54,895 nt of DNA, from assembly GCA_964568065.1 (NCBI GenBank), contig CAZMOT010000004.1, positions 1 to 54,895 of the forward strand, in the 5' to 3' direction. This document shows, one piece after another, positions 1-8,946 of the stretch (the stretch's first letter is position 1; every line of letters starts with the position of its first letter). A model generated the notes under the pieces. It saw only the letters and a list, made by a program, of their open reading frames with translations. It had not been told where the DNA came from and made no database searches. The translations under genes and the position numbers were made by a program. The DNA comes from an uncultured Anaerolineales bacterium. Lineage in GTDB: Bacteria > Chloroflexota > Anaerolineae > B4-G1.

Positions 1-120
1 CTATTCGTAGGTTTTTAAGGTTCAGGCTCTTGACAAGACTTAGAACATCTCAGGACAAGCTCTTCTCTTATCGTGCAACACAGCGCGTGGACACTCAACC
101 CCTCCTCCGGCGGGAAGGCG

Positions 121-1512
121 CTACGTCCCGCTTGATACGGACAACGCAAAAGTGAACGTGCTCCCTTGCCCTTCTACACTCTGGGCCCAGATGCGCCCGC
201 CCTGCGCCTCGACCAAGCTGCGGGCGATGGTCAGGCCCAATCCGCTGCCGCCTGTGGCCCGCCGCCGGGTCCGATCTCCCCGCCAAAACCGCTCAAAAAG
301 GTGGGGCAGGTCCTCAGGTGACACCCCGGGGCCGTCGTCGGCCACGGACACGATCACCTCCCGCCCTTGACTCATCACGCGCACGGTGATGCTGCCTCCC
401 TCTGGCACATACCTGAGAGCGTTGCCCAGCAGATTTCCCATCACCTGCGCCAGCCGGTCCCGGTCCGCCTTGACGAGGGGGAAGGGAGAGGGCATCTCTA
501 GCGCCAGGTTCACCTCCCGCTTCTGGGCCTGTAGCCGGTGGGCCTCCACTATCTCCCGCAGGAAGGCCCCTAGATCGAGCGGGGCCATGTGGAGACGGAG
601 CTGCCCGGCGTCGGCCAGGGCCAGCAACCGCAGGTCCTCCACCAGGCGGGCCAGTGTCCGTACCTGGGCCAGCGCCGCCAGCAGATTCTCCCGATCGGTG
701 GGGTAGACCCCGTCCAGCATCGCCTCCAGCGCCCCCTGGAGGACGGCGAGGGGGGTGCGCAGTTCGTGGGCCACGTCGGCGGTCTGGTTGCGGCGGGCTT
801 CCTGGGCGCGGGCCAGTCTCCCGGCCATCCGATTGAAGGCGTCGGCCAGTTGGGCCACCTCGTCACGTCCCTGGACCGGGGCGCGGGCGGAGAGGTCGCC
901 CTCGGCGATGGCCTGGCTGGCGGTGGTGAGGCGGCGCAAGGGGGCAACGATGGAGCGAAACAGCAGCCCGCCGACGATCAGCGCGACGGCCGTCGCGGAC
1001 AGGGCGGCGATCCAGAGAGCCGTGTGGACGCGGGTCAGAAATTGGGTCTGGGGCTGATCCAGAGACAGGGATGCCGGAGTCCGGGTAGAGGGAAGAAGAT
1101 AGCCTACGACCTGATCTTTTACTTCGACAGGGATCCCGGACGACAGTTCCGCCTGAGAGGCTGTGCCGTCGGGGAATCCGTCGGTGTCACCCACGATTCG
1201 CCCCTCGGGGTCGGCCAGCCGAAAGGAGATCTCCGGTGGCCCCTTTCCATCACCCCTGCCGCCTTCCCCACGACCTCGCTGTCCCATTCCCTGAGTGGTA
1301 GGCAATGCATCCTGGATTCCTCCCCAGGCGTTGTACTCGGCATAGTAGGCGGCCAATTCCACCACCTGCCGGTCCCACATCCCTCCGTGGGAGGAGGCAT
1401 AGCGGCGAAATTCGATCTCGGTAACCCACCCAGACAGAAGCGCCACCGCCCCGACCGCCACCAGGATGACTGCCAGGAAGGCCAGCATCCCCTTCCAGAA
1501 GAGACTATGCAT
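121..1512 (-). CDS. Membrane sensor histidine kinase (2 TM, HAMP, HisKA, HATPase), BaeS-like
   Basis: H-box ADVAHELRTPL, N-box NLLGNALRY, G-boxes DDGPG and GSGLGL; overlaps the upstream regulator by 8 nt. Confidence 0.95.
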   Translation of the reverse strand: MHSLFWKGMLAFLAVILVAVGAVALLSGWVTEIEFRRYASSHGGMWDRQVVELAAYYAEYNAWGGIQDALPTTQGMGQRGRGEGGRGDGKGPPEISFRLADPEGRIVGDTDGFPDGTASQAELSSGIPVEVKDQVVGYLLPSTRTPASLSLDQPQTQFLTRVHTALWIAALSATAVALIVGGLLFRSIVAPLRRLTTASQAIAEGDLSARAPVQGRDEVAQLADAFNRMAGRLARAQEARRNQTADVAHELRTPLAVLQGALEAMLDGVYPTDRENLLAALAQVRTLARLVEDLRLLALADAGQLRLHMAPLDLGAFLREIVEAHRLQAQKREVNLALEMPSPFPLVKADRDRLAQVMGNLLGNALRYVPEGGSITVRVMSQGREVIVSVADDGPGVSPEDLPHLFERFWRGDRTRRRATGGSGLGLTIARSLVEAQGGRIWAQSVEGQGSTFTFALSVSSGT

Positions 1513-2218
1513 CCCCCACCTCCGGGTTCAGACGGTAGCCCAACCCCCGTACGGTGAGGATATAACGAGGGTGGGCGGGGTCCGGCTCCAGTTTGCGCCG
1601 CAGGTTCTTGACGTGGGCGTCCACCGTCCGCTCGTAGACCTCGAAGGCGATCCCCTGCGCCGCTTCCAATAGTTCGCCCCGGCTGAATACCCGGCCCGGG
1701 GTGGTCATCAACGTCTCCAGGATGGAGAACTCGGTGGGGGTCAGATCCACCGGTTGCCCCGATATAGTCACTGTGTGAGTGGTCCGGTCAAGGGTGAGCG
1801 AGCCGACGCGGAGAACCTGGGGGGCTTCGGGAGGGGCCTGGGCGCGGCGCAGGATGGCGCGGACCCGGGCGACCACTTCCCTGGGGCTGAAGGGCTTGGT
1901 AACATAGTCGTCGGCGCCCAGTTCCAGGCCCACGATGAGATCGGTCTCTTCGGCACGAGCGGTGAGCATAATGATGGGAATGTTCCGCTCGCGGCGGATG
2001 CGGCGGGTGAACTCTAGCCCGTCCATGCGAGGCATCAGGACGTCCAGCACCACCAGGTCGGGCTTCTCGTGGCGGGCGACGTAGAGGGCTTGCTCACCGT
2101 CGGAGGCGGTCACGACGCGGAATCCGGCTTCCTCCAGGTAGGCCCGCACCAGCCGCACGATCTCGGGTTCATCGTCTACAACCAGAATAGTCTGGCGGAT
2201 GTTTGTTGTCCGCGTCAT
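1505..2218 (-). CDS. OmpR/PhoB-family response regulator
   Basis: ILVVDDE, LDVLMP, GADDYVTKPF receiver; winged-helix ERTVDAHVKNLRRKL...TVRGLGY. Confidence 0.96.
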   Translation of the reverse strand: MTRTTNIRQTILVVDDEPEIVRLVRAYLEEAGFRVVTASDGEQALYVARHEKPDLVVLDVLMPRMDGLEFTRRIRRERNIPIIMLTARAEETDLIVGLELGADDYVTKPFSPREVVARVRAILRRAQAPPEAPQVLRVGSLTLDRTTHTVTISGQPVDLTPTEFSILETLMTTPGRVFSRGELLEAAQGIAFEVYERTVDAHVKNLRRKLEPDPAHPRYILTVRGLGYRLNPEVGDA

Positions 2219-2344
2219 CGGCAGGCCTCCCCTGCCAAGTATACCGCGATGCGGGAAAAAGGGAAGCAGAGGCGACGAGTTACGCCGCCCCCCTCCCCAG
2301 ACAAGCAGCCCGGAGACCTACCTGCAATCTCCGGGCCACAGTTA

Positions 2345-2899
2345 TTACGGTTGCGCTTGATTCTTGCGCCGTCCCTGCCCCGACCACATCGGGCGCCCGG
2401 TTTCATCGCGCAGGACGAGCGTTTCACCGGTGGTGAGGTTCTCGACGGAGCCGGCCTTGAACTCTCCATCCTCGTGGAAGCCGGTCACGGACACCTCGTC
2501 CTCCACTTCCAGGGCGAAGCCTTCCCGGTACGCAGCCTGCCCCAGGCCGACCACCACCTCCCCCTCGGCGGTCTGGATTGTGATCTCGCCGTCCACGGCG
2601 GTCACTTCTCCGGTCAGGGTTTCCCACTCGACGGTTCTCGTCGTTTCATTGCGACCCTGGCCCGCGCCGGAGGCTCCATGGCCCTGCATCACCTCGCTGC
2701 GCCCGTACGCGTTCTGATTGAACACCTCCGGCTCACTGCCGTCCAACTCGACCGCAGCCCCGCGACCTTGCCCCCGACCAGTGGGGGAATCTCGGCCGGC
2801 CTGGGCCTCCGTGGGATTCAGCAAGATGTACCCCACTCCTGCCAGCAACGCTACAGCCAGCAATCCAACTACACCGTAACTCAATACTTTCTTTGTCAT
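2345..2899 (-). CDS. Secreted/membrane-anchored protein with Gly/Arg-rich linker and probable OB-fold C-terminus
   Basis: N-terminal hydrophobic segment, GGAGG RBS, C-terminal TLTGEVTAV...VSVTGF...LRDETGRPMW; co-oriented with the two-component genes. Confidence 0.75.
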   Translation of the reverse strand: MTKKVLSYGVVGLLAVALLAGVGYILLNPTEAQAGRDSPTGRGQGRGAAVELDGSEPEVFNQNAYGRSEVMQGHGASGAGQGRNETTRTVEWETLTGEVTAVDGEITIQTAEGEVVVGLGQAAYREGFALEVEDEVSVTGFHEDGEFKAGSVENLTTGETLVLRDETGRPMWSGQGRRKNQAQP

Positions 2900-2936
2900 T
2901 TTTGTACCTCCCGTTTGTTTGATTTTGACTAAATTT

Positions 2937-3278
2937 CTACTGCTCCAACGATTTACGCCATAATTTTGTGACCTGCCCGTTGGCCCGACGTGGCAGGGAA
3001 GGCATCATCTTTTTGGTCAAGCGGACGATCCACTTCCAGTGAAGTACCAGGTGTACAACCACGCCAACGATCATCACCAGGCTGGCCCAGGTGTGCAGGT
3101 CGCTCCACGTCGCCCTGCTCAGGCCCAGCAGCGCCGTCGCAAAGCCCGGATTGCGCCCTCCCTGGTAACCGCCGGAGCCCATCAGCAAGAACGCTATACC
3201 GGTCACGCCGGAGAGCAGAAAGGCCAGGCCAATCACCGCATCCAGCAGATAGTTCAGCTTTGCTTTGTTCATCCTCAT
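2937..3278 (-). CDS. DUF4405-type small membrane protein (probable heme b ligation)
   Basis: Two TM helices, W-x-x-L-H-x-W and H-x-x-L-H-W motifs; start moved to ATG 3278 behind GGAGG. Confidence 0.8.
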   Translation of the reverse strand: MRMNKAKLNYLLDAVIGLAFLLSGVTGIAFLLMGSGGYQGGRNPGFATALLGLSRATWSDLHTWASLVMIVGVVVHLVLHWKWIVRLTKKMMPSLPRRANGQVTKLWRKSLEQ

Positions 3279-3306
3279 TACAATACCTCCTCTGTTTGAT
3301 TTGCGC

Positions 3307-3364
3307 ATAGTATATCCGGGGTATATGAAGATTTGATGAAGGAACGATGCGGAAATCGTGTAGG
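3307..3364 (-). promoter_or_regulatory. Four direct repeats at 11-bp period (probable OmpR-family boxes) ahead of a TACTAT -10
   Basis: Plus-strand ATGAAGA/ATGAAGG/ATGCGGA/GTGTAGG at 3325, 3336, 3347, 3358; -10 at 3312-3307. Confidence 0.55.
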
Positions 3365-3404
3365 ATGGCCCAAAACTCACCCTAAACGTCCAGTGCTATT
3401 CGCA

Positions 3405-3459
3405 ACCGTTCGGCTGAGCCCTTCGGCTTCGCTCAGAACAGGCGCTCACGGCGAAGCCT
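3405..3459. repeat. REP-like palindromic element
   Basis: CCGTTCGGCTGAGC...CTTCGGCTTCGCTCAG...CTCACGGCGAAGCC; related to copies near 6874-7020, 19281-19331, 21658-21694 and 29144-29170. Confidence 0.55.
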
Positions 3460-3490
3460 TCGCAAGGGTGGCTGAACGCTTACGAATTGC

Positions 3491-4723
3491 CTACGGACCT
3501 GGAGGCGTGGCCGTGGACTGTGAGCTGGGAGTTGCCCGCGGACCGTGGGGCGTGGCCTGCGGTCCGGGAGTTGCTTGTGGACCGTGGGGCGTGGCCTGCG
3601 GTCCGGGAGTTGCTTGTGGACCGTGGGGCGTGGCCTGCGGTCCGGGAGTTGCTTGTGGACTGTGGGGCGTGGCCTGCGGTCCGGGAGTTGCTTGCGGACC
3701 CTGTGGCGTGGCCTGTGGGCTGGGAGTTGTCTGCGGTCCCTGGGGCGTCGTATGCAGCGTACTGACGGGTGTACGCTCTTGCTCCCGTCGCTGGTGTCGC
3801 TCCTGGCCCTGCTCCTGATCGTCCTCTGGGGTGGCTGTCATCTGCCCCGACTCGTGCGTCAGCTCTGGTGTTCCTTGCTGATGGCGATAACGGTAGCGGA
3901 ACGCCTGGAAATCGCTCAATCCATTCTCCGCAGCCTCCGCTCCCCGCCGATAGACAGCCGCCGCGCGCTCCAGCCCGACCCGCGCCTGCTGTGGAGCCAT
4001 GGGTTGCGCCTGTTCCAGTGTCTGCGCCTGGGTGTGCATGCGCCCGGCGATCTGCATCAGTAGGCCAGCGATCTCCTCGTCGGAGGCCCAGGCTGCCTGG
4101 ATCAACGCACGCTCAATGCGCTGTTCGATCCGAGCAACAGTCTCGTTCGGCACTTGTTGCCCGGCCCCCACCAGTGCCTGAACCTCCTCTGCTCGTTCCT
4201 CGGCGAACTGCAGCGCCAGGTCTACTTGATCCTTCGGTGCAGATGCGAGTGCCAGGCGAATGTCCTCCGCTGCCAGTTTGACCGGGTACAGCAGGTCGCC
4301 CGGCAGGCTGCCATTAGCAGCCCAGACGACCCCGCTTCCGAGGGCAGCCGTGCCCACAACGACAGCCAGCAGGATGGCAATGAGTCTCGTTACGAAGGCG
4401 AATTTCACTTTTCGACTTTTTGCCCGTGTGGTTCTAGTTCTCGTTGCTGACGTTGCTGAGTCGTTCCTCGCGCGCTGTTGTGCGACCACGGCCAGCAACC
4501 GCTCCCGACCAGCCGCCAGGCCGCCTGGCGCTTCCGGCACAGCTTTGTAGTAGCGACGGGTCGCCTGAGCTATTTCGAGCAGCGGCCGCAGCCGGTCGGC
4601 GTACTGAGGATAGCGTCGCAGGCTGGCCTCGATATCGCCCGTGCGGGCCAGCCCTTGCAAGCAACGTTCTAGTGATTGCTCAAAAGAGACTCCTGCTGTC
4701 ATTCTATTCTCTCTCCAAAACAC
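3491..4723 (-). CDS. Probable membrane anti-sigma factor with DUF5667-like domain and repetitive C-terminal tail
   Basis: Directly follows the ECF sigma gene; LERCL...RYP...LRPLL N-terminus, one TM, SLPGDLLYPVKLAAE motif; true start may be ATG 4702. Confidence 0.8.
   Translation of the reverse strand: MFWRENRMTAGVSFEQSLERCLQGLARTGDIEASLRRYPQYADRLRPLLEIAQATRRYYKAVPEAPGGLAAGRERLLAVVAQQRARNDSATSATRTRTTRAKSRKVKFAFVTRLIAILLAVVVGTAALGSGVVWAANGSLPGDLLYPVKLAAEDIRLALASAPKDQVDLALQFAEERAEEVQALVGAGQQVPNETVARIEQRIERALIQAAWASDEEIAGLLMQIAGRMHTQAQTLEQAQPMAPQQARVGLERAAAVYRRGAEAAENGLSDFQAFRYRYRHQQGTPELTHESGQMTATPEDDQEQGQERHQRREQERTPVSTLHTTPQGPQTTPSPQATPQGPQATPGPQATPHSPQATPGPQATPHGPQATPGPQATPHGPQATPGPQATPHGPRATPSSQSTATPPGP
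3528..3750. repeat. 39-bp coding tandem repeat, about 5 copies (PHGPQATPGPQAT)
   Basis: GTGGACCGTGGGGCGTGGCCTGCGGTCCGGGAGTTGCTT repeated with few mismatches. Confidence 0.9.
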
Positions 4724-5237
4724 GGCGCAGTGCGGCTAGAGCTCGATGTTGGAGAGCCTCGATCGCACCCGTGCTTTTGTCCATCACCTCGGCCGCCTCC
4801 CGGGCGGTCATCCCTTCGCCGAAGCGCAGGGCCAACACCTGTTGCTGGTCTGGTGTGAGGCGGCTGATGGCAGCACGAAGACGCCGGTGGGAGAGCCGCT
4901 CTGCCACAGCAGAGGCCGGGTCATCCTCGGCTGCCACCAGCCGCTCATCCAACTCCAACTCGACTGCTGGCGGCTGGCGGCGGTAGTGATCCACCACCAG
5001 GTTATGCGCAACACGGTAGAGCCAGGCCTGGAACGAGGTATGCCAGAAACGCTCCGCTCGGATCGCCTGCATCACCCGCACGAACACATCCCCCGTGATA
5101 TCTTCCGCCAGGTGAGCATCGCCCACCCGCCGATAGATGTAGGCATAGATGCGGGGGGCATAATGATCATAGAGTTCCCCCAGTGCCGCTTCGTCGTATT
5201 GCTTTGCTCGTTCCAGCAGGCTGCGCTCGTTTGTCAC
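4704..5237 (-). CDS. ECF-subfamily sigma-70 factor
   Basis: AEDITGDVF...FQAWLYRVAHNLVVDHYRR (region 2); LTPDQQQVLALRF...EAAEVM...HRAL (region 4). Confidence 0.95.
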   Translation of the reverse strand: MTNERSLLERAKQYDEAALGELYDHYAPRIYAYIYRRVGDAHLAEDITGDVFVRVMQAIRAERFWHTSFQAWLYRVAHNLVVDHYRRQPPAVELELDERLVAAEDDPASAVAERLSHRRLRAAISRLTPDQQQVLALRFGEGMTAREAAEVMDKSTGAIEALQHRALAALRRVLERE

Positions 5238-5461
5238 GTAACGATTGATCTTTCACTTCTTATCTTATGACGTAAAAACAGCCGAAAACCATATGGGCTG
5301 CCCGGACCTGAGTATACCACATTTTTCCAGTTACCCGTATGGTTTTGGGTGTCCTTCCGTCATACTGATTGGCGAATCCATACAGGGCTGGACTACTGAA
5401 TGGAAGAATAACAAAAAGATTTCTCAATGGAAGGAAAAGAAGAAAACGAAAGGAGATTGCT

Positions 5462-6802
5462 ATGAAACGCCTTACTCGCATCGGATTGCTCACACTAGCT
5501 GTAGGACTTGGAGTAACTGCCGTCATTTTGATGGTGACGGGCCTCTCCACTGCGGCTGCCGCCGGGCAGATAGACCTCACACTGGACATGCAGGCTCCTA
5601 CGCACATCACAGCCGACTCGACCTACGTGGTCAGAATTGGCTACTTTAACTTTGGCACAGAGATGGCGCCGGACGCCTGGGTGACGGCCACGTTGCCCGT
5701 GGGGACACAGTTCGTCACTGCCACGGATCGCTGGGGGGCGCCACTCCCGCCGGACGTGACCAGTGGCAACGAGTTGAGTTGGTACTTTGTCAGGCCGCTC
5801 TGTGAGTGGCCGGCCGATGCATGCTGCGGCCACGTCTTGCTCACCCTGCAGCCGGACGAGACATTGCCAGAGGGGGAACTGCTGACCACCACGGCGACTA
5901 TCGCCACGACCGGTGTAGAATCCGACACGACGAACAACACGATGAGTGTGACCAGTGTAGTGTGCGCTATGGCCGGCTCGACCAAGCAGGTGCAGGCACG
6001 CCACGTGATGCCAGGTGACGTACTGACCTATACGATCAGCATCAACCTGGCGCACCAGGCCGGCGGGGGAATGAACGGGCGCTGGGTCACCTTGACAGAC
6101 ACGTTGCCCTTCAGCCACCAGGCGCGTTTCCTGGGCTGGAGCGGCACGCTGACCGGCACGCAGATTGACGGCCGGATGTTGCGCTGGCAGGGTCAGGTGC
6201 AAGCCGGGCAGCCGCTCACGCTCCAATATCGGCTGGGAGTAGGAGGTGCGATCACGCCCGGCGCGGTTATCACCAACGTGGCTATGCTCGGCTGGGCCGG
6301 GCGCCACATGCAACTCGGGCCGGTCACCACGGTGGTCACCCTGCCCCACGGCACGATGGCGCTGGGGCCAAACCAGGGCGGCCAGATGCGTCACCAATAC
6401 GGCGTCACGCTCACCGTCCCACCCGGCGCTGTGACCGACACGACGCGCTTCCAGTTCAGGCCACTCTTCACAGACACACGACCTATCTCTAGCCCACCTG
6501 GTGGCCTGCTGTTCGCGCACCGTGCCTTCGAGATGACCGCCTCCCGCTTCGGTGAACATGTGCGTCAATTCAACCGACCGCTCACGATCACGATGAACTA
6601 TACGGATACGGACGTGACTGGACTGAAACGGGAGACGCTGCGCCTGTGGACGCGCACTGGTCCAGAGGGACCCTGGGCCATGCTGGGAGAACCGGCCCGC
6701 GTGATGTCTGGAGCATTGACCTTCACGACGACGCATTTCACCCAGTTCGCGCTGTTCGGCGAGGCCAAGTATCATGCCTACCTGCCACTGATTGTCCGAT
6801 AA
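5462..6802 (+). CDS. Secreted DUF11-domain protein with C-terminal YLPLIVR motif
   Basis: AAGGAG RBS, signal peptide MKRLTRIGLL..., DL...N.G...VTATLP.G...ESDTTNN and PGDVLTYTI DUF11 patterns. Confidence 0.85.
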   Translation: MKRLTRIGLLTLAVGLGVTAVILMVTGLSTAAAAGQIDLTLDMQAPTHITADSTYVVRIGYFNFGTEMAPDAWVTATLPVGTQFVTATDRWGAPLPPDVTSGNELSWYFVRPLCEWPADACCGHVLLTLQPDETLPEGELLTTTATIATTGVESDTTNNTMSVTSVVCAMAGSTKQVQARHVMPGDVLTYTISINLAHQAGGGMNGRWVTLTDTLPFSHQARFLGWSGTLTGTQIDGRMLRWQGQVQAGQPLTLQYRLGVGGAITPGAVITNVAMLGWAGRHMQLGPVTTVVTLPHGTMALGPNQGGQMRHQYGVTLTVPPGAVTDTTRFQFRPLFTDTRPISSPPGGLLFAHRAFEMTASRFGEHVRQFNRPLTITMNYTDTDVTGLKRETLRLWTRTGPEGPWAMLGEPARVMSGALTFTTTHFTQFALFGEAKYHAYLPLIVR

Positions 6803-6873
6803 GGTGGCATTGGGCGCGTATGGAAGTTGGAAGAGTGTCGAGAAAGGGTCAGATCCAATGCCGGCCGAGCGTC

Positions 6874-7020
6874 GTCCTGAGCTTGTCGAAGAGTAGGAGC
6901 GACTTGGGTTGAGCCTGTCACTTGTCCTGAGCCTGTCGAAGGGAAACCAAGACGTATCGAGGCCAAGCGGGTTGTCTGTAGAACCGCTCGCTTGGTTTCG
7001 ATACGCTTCGCTACTCAACC
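6874..7020. repeat. Cluster of REP-like palindromes, one apparently nested in another
   Basis: GTCCTGAGCTTGTCGAAG, GGTTGAGCCTGTC[..GTCCTGAGCCTGTCGAAGG]GAAACC, GGTTTCGATACGCTTCGCTACTCAACC. Confidence 0.65.
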
Positions 7021-7163
7021 GGCGCTCGCTCACCCAGGATTTGGATGCGCCCGGTGACATTCTATGCCGCGCTGTAGCTGATAAATGAGGATACACGCCA
7101 GCTCTTTTCCTCTATCTGCGAACCCAGCGAGAGCATCTGCGCCCCAGGTTAAGGAGACAAGGC

Positions 7164-7611
7164 ATGAGCAAAAGCAAAGCTCGCATTCTGGTGGTAGCTC
7201 TTGGATGCGCCTGGACCTTGCGGGTCAATCTGGAGGCCAGAGGCTATGATGTGCTCACGGTGGGGAACGGACAGACGGCAGTAGAGCTTGCCGCCAGCAA
7301 GGAGCCAGACCTCATCATTTTGGATGTCAATCTACCCGGCCTGAACGGTTAAAGTCTGCCAGCGTATCCGCAAGTCCTCAATGGTACCAATCATTATGCT
7401 CACTGCTATGACCAAGAGCGCCGACAGGATAAAATGCCTGGATATGGGCGTCGACCATTGCATGACCAAGCCCTTCAGCCTCGCCGAACTTTTGGCCAAG
7501 ACGCAGGCTGTGTTACGACGTGTCGAACTCTCAAGATCAAGACAGAAGGAACCCCTTCCTACGTTTCAGGCCAGTTTTGGCCTGGCAGCGAGAATGTCTG
7601 TTCGGTGGTAA
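7164..7611 (+). pseudogene. Response regulator pseudogene (frameshift near 7350, output domain missing)
   Basis: PDLIILDVNLPGLNG, then stop; VCQRIRKSSMVPIIMLTA...TKPFS continues in another frame; acidic pocket degenerate (ILVVALG). Confidence 0.85.
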
Positions 7612-7685
7612 CTACCCAGCGAAGCTTCGCCTCAAACCGACAAGGGGAATAGGACGCAGATTAACGCTGATGAACATAAATGATT

Positions 7686-8737
7686 GGCTCATGTGGGCTT
7701 CGGGGTGAAGGTGCTTGCAGGAAAGGGATAGATGGTATACAATGTCCTTGTGCATGAATCCTCCAAACTGTCACCCCAGAAGTAAAGCCCATGATGATTT
7801 TCCCAATTGATGAATTGATGGATGAGCAGTGCTGCTGTGATTTCTTGCTCAAAGTGCTGCACCCAGAAGGGTTACATTGCTGCAATGGTCATCCCTTGCC
7901 TTCGGATCAGGCTCCCCATGACCGACACCGAGACCCGATCTTTGACTACAAGTGTCGAGTATGCGGCAATGTGCACAATATCTTCACTGATACCATTTGG
8001 AGCGGAAGCCGCTACTCGTGTGTCACCATCGTCCTCATCATACGCGGCGTCGTCCAGGGAACACCGACAAAACACTTGGCCGAAGAACTGGGCATTGACC
8101 GCTCTCACTTGCTGAAACGGCGTCATGCGATTCAGGAGCTGGCCAAAGAGCATCTTCCCCGCTCGCCCCTGACCGATGCCGAGACGGAAGCGGATGAAAT
8201 GTACCAGAATGCCGGAGAGAAAGGGTACAAACAGACGACCCGGACGACCCACCCCGCCGTCGGGCCAACAAACGCCCAGGGCTGGGAACTATGGAAAACG
8301 ACCGCCCGCCGGTCTTGGGCGTGGTGGGACGCACATCCGACCAAATCCATCTCACCGTCTGTGACAACACACAGCAAACGACAATCCAGCCCCAGGTCGA
8401 GGCCGACACCGAACCAACAACGACGCTCTACACTGACGAGCATTCGGCCTACCAGCACATCGCTGAGACAGGCCGAGGTCATGCCACAGTCTGCCACTCA
8501 CGGAAGGAGTGGGCCCGAGATGACGACGGCGATGGCATCCGCGAAGTCCATTGCAACACCATGGAAGGTATATGGACCGGCTTGCGCAACTTCTTACGAC
8601 CCTTCCGTGGTGTCCATAAGAAATTTCTGGCTCTCTACGCGGCTATGTTCGAGTGGGCGCACAACCTCAAGCGGATCACGTTTGGCTTCCTCAGAAGTCT
8701 GATGATGCCCAACTTCACCTTAAAGCCCACATGAGCC
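7686..8737 (+). mobile_element. IS1595-family insertion sequence
   Basis: 25-bp terminal inverted repeats 7686-7710 and 8713-8737 (22/25 identical, GGCTCATGTGGGCTT...); encloses the transposase. Confidence 0.9.
7791..8734 (+). pseudogene. IS1595 (ISXO2-like) transposase split by a one-base frameshift near 8232
   Basis: N-terminal Cys motif, EADEMY, then in the other frame DDPPRRRANK...LYTDE...H...HCNTMEGIW...YAAMFEW. Confidence 0.88.
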
Positions 8738-8946
8738 AACTGGCTCACAATGGTGTGCTTGCCGTCTGATTCCTGGGCTCACTTGACCGCCCTGCGGGCT
8801 GCTTCGCAAAGATAGGAAACCACAGGGCGCGCAGAGCGAAGCGATGAGCGCTTTATCTACCCTGAGCCCTTTTTGCCCACCCACCACCCCGTTGTGCAAG
8901 GTGGCCCCAGTATGCATAAAGGGGAGGAGTAAGAGAGGAAACACCG

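Noticed and set aside
3528-3750. Possible CRISPR, or a plus-strand Cys-rich repeat protein (ORF 3333-3818)
   Set aside because: Spacer-less 39-bp repeat inside the anti-sigma CDS; the plus-strand ORFs are shadows of it
8215-8240. Programmed ribosomal frameshift in IS1595
   Set aside because: No X-XXY-YYZ or long A-run at the junction; a one-base deletion explains it more simply
8780-8880. Riboswitch upstream of the propeller/Slt pair
   Set aside because: Some pairing potential, but no c-di-AMP or other known consensus
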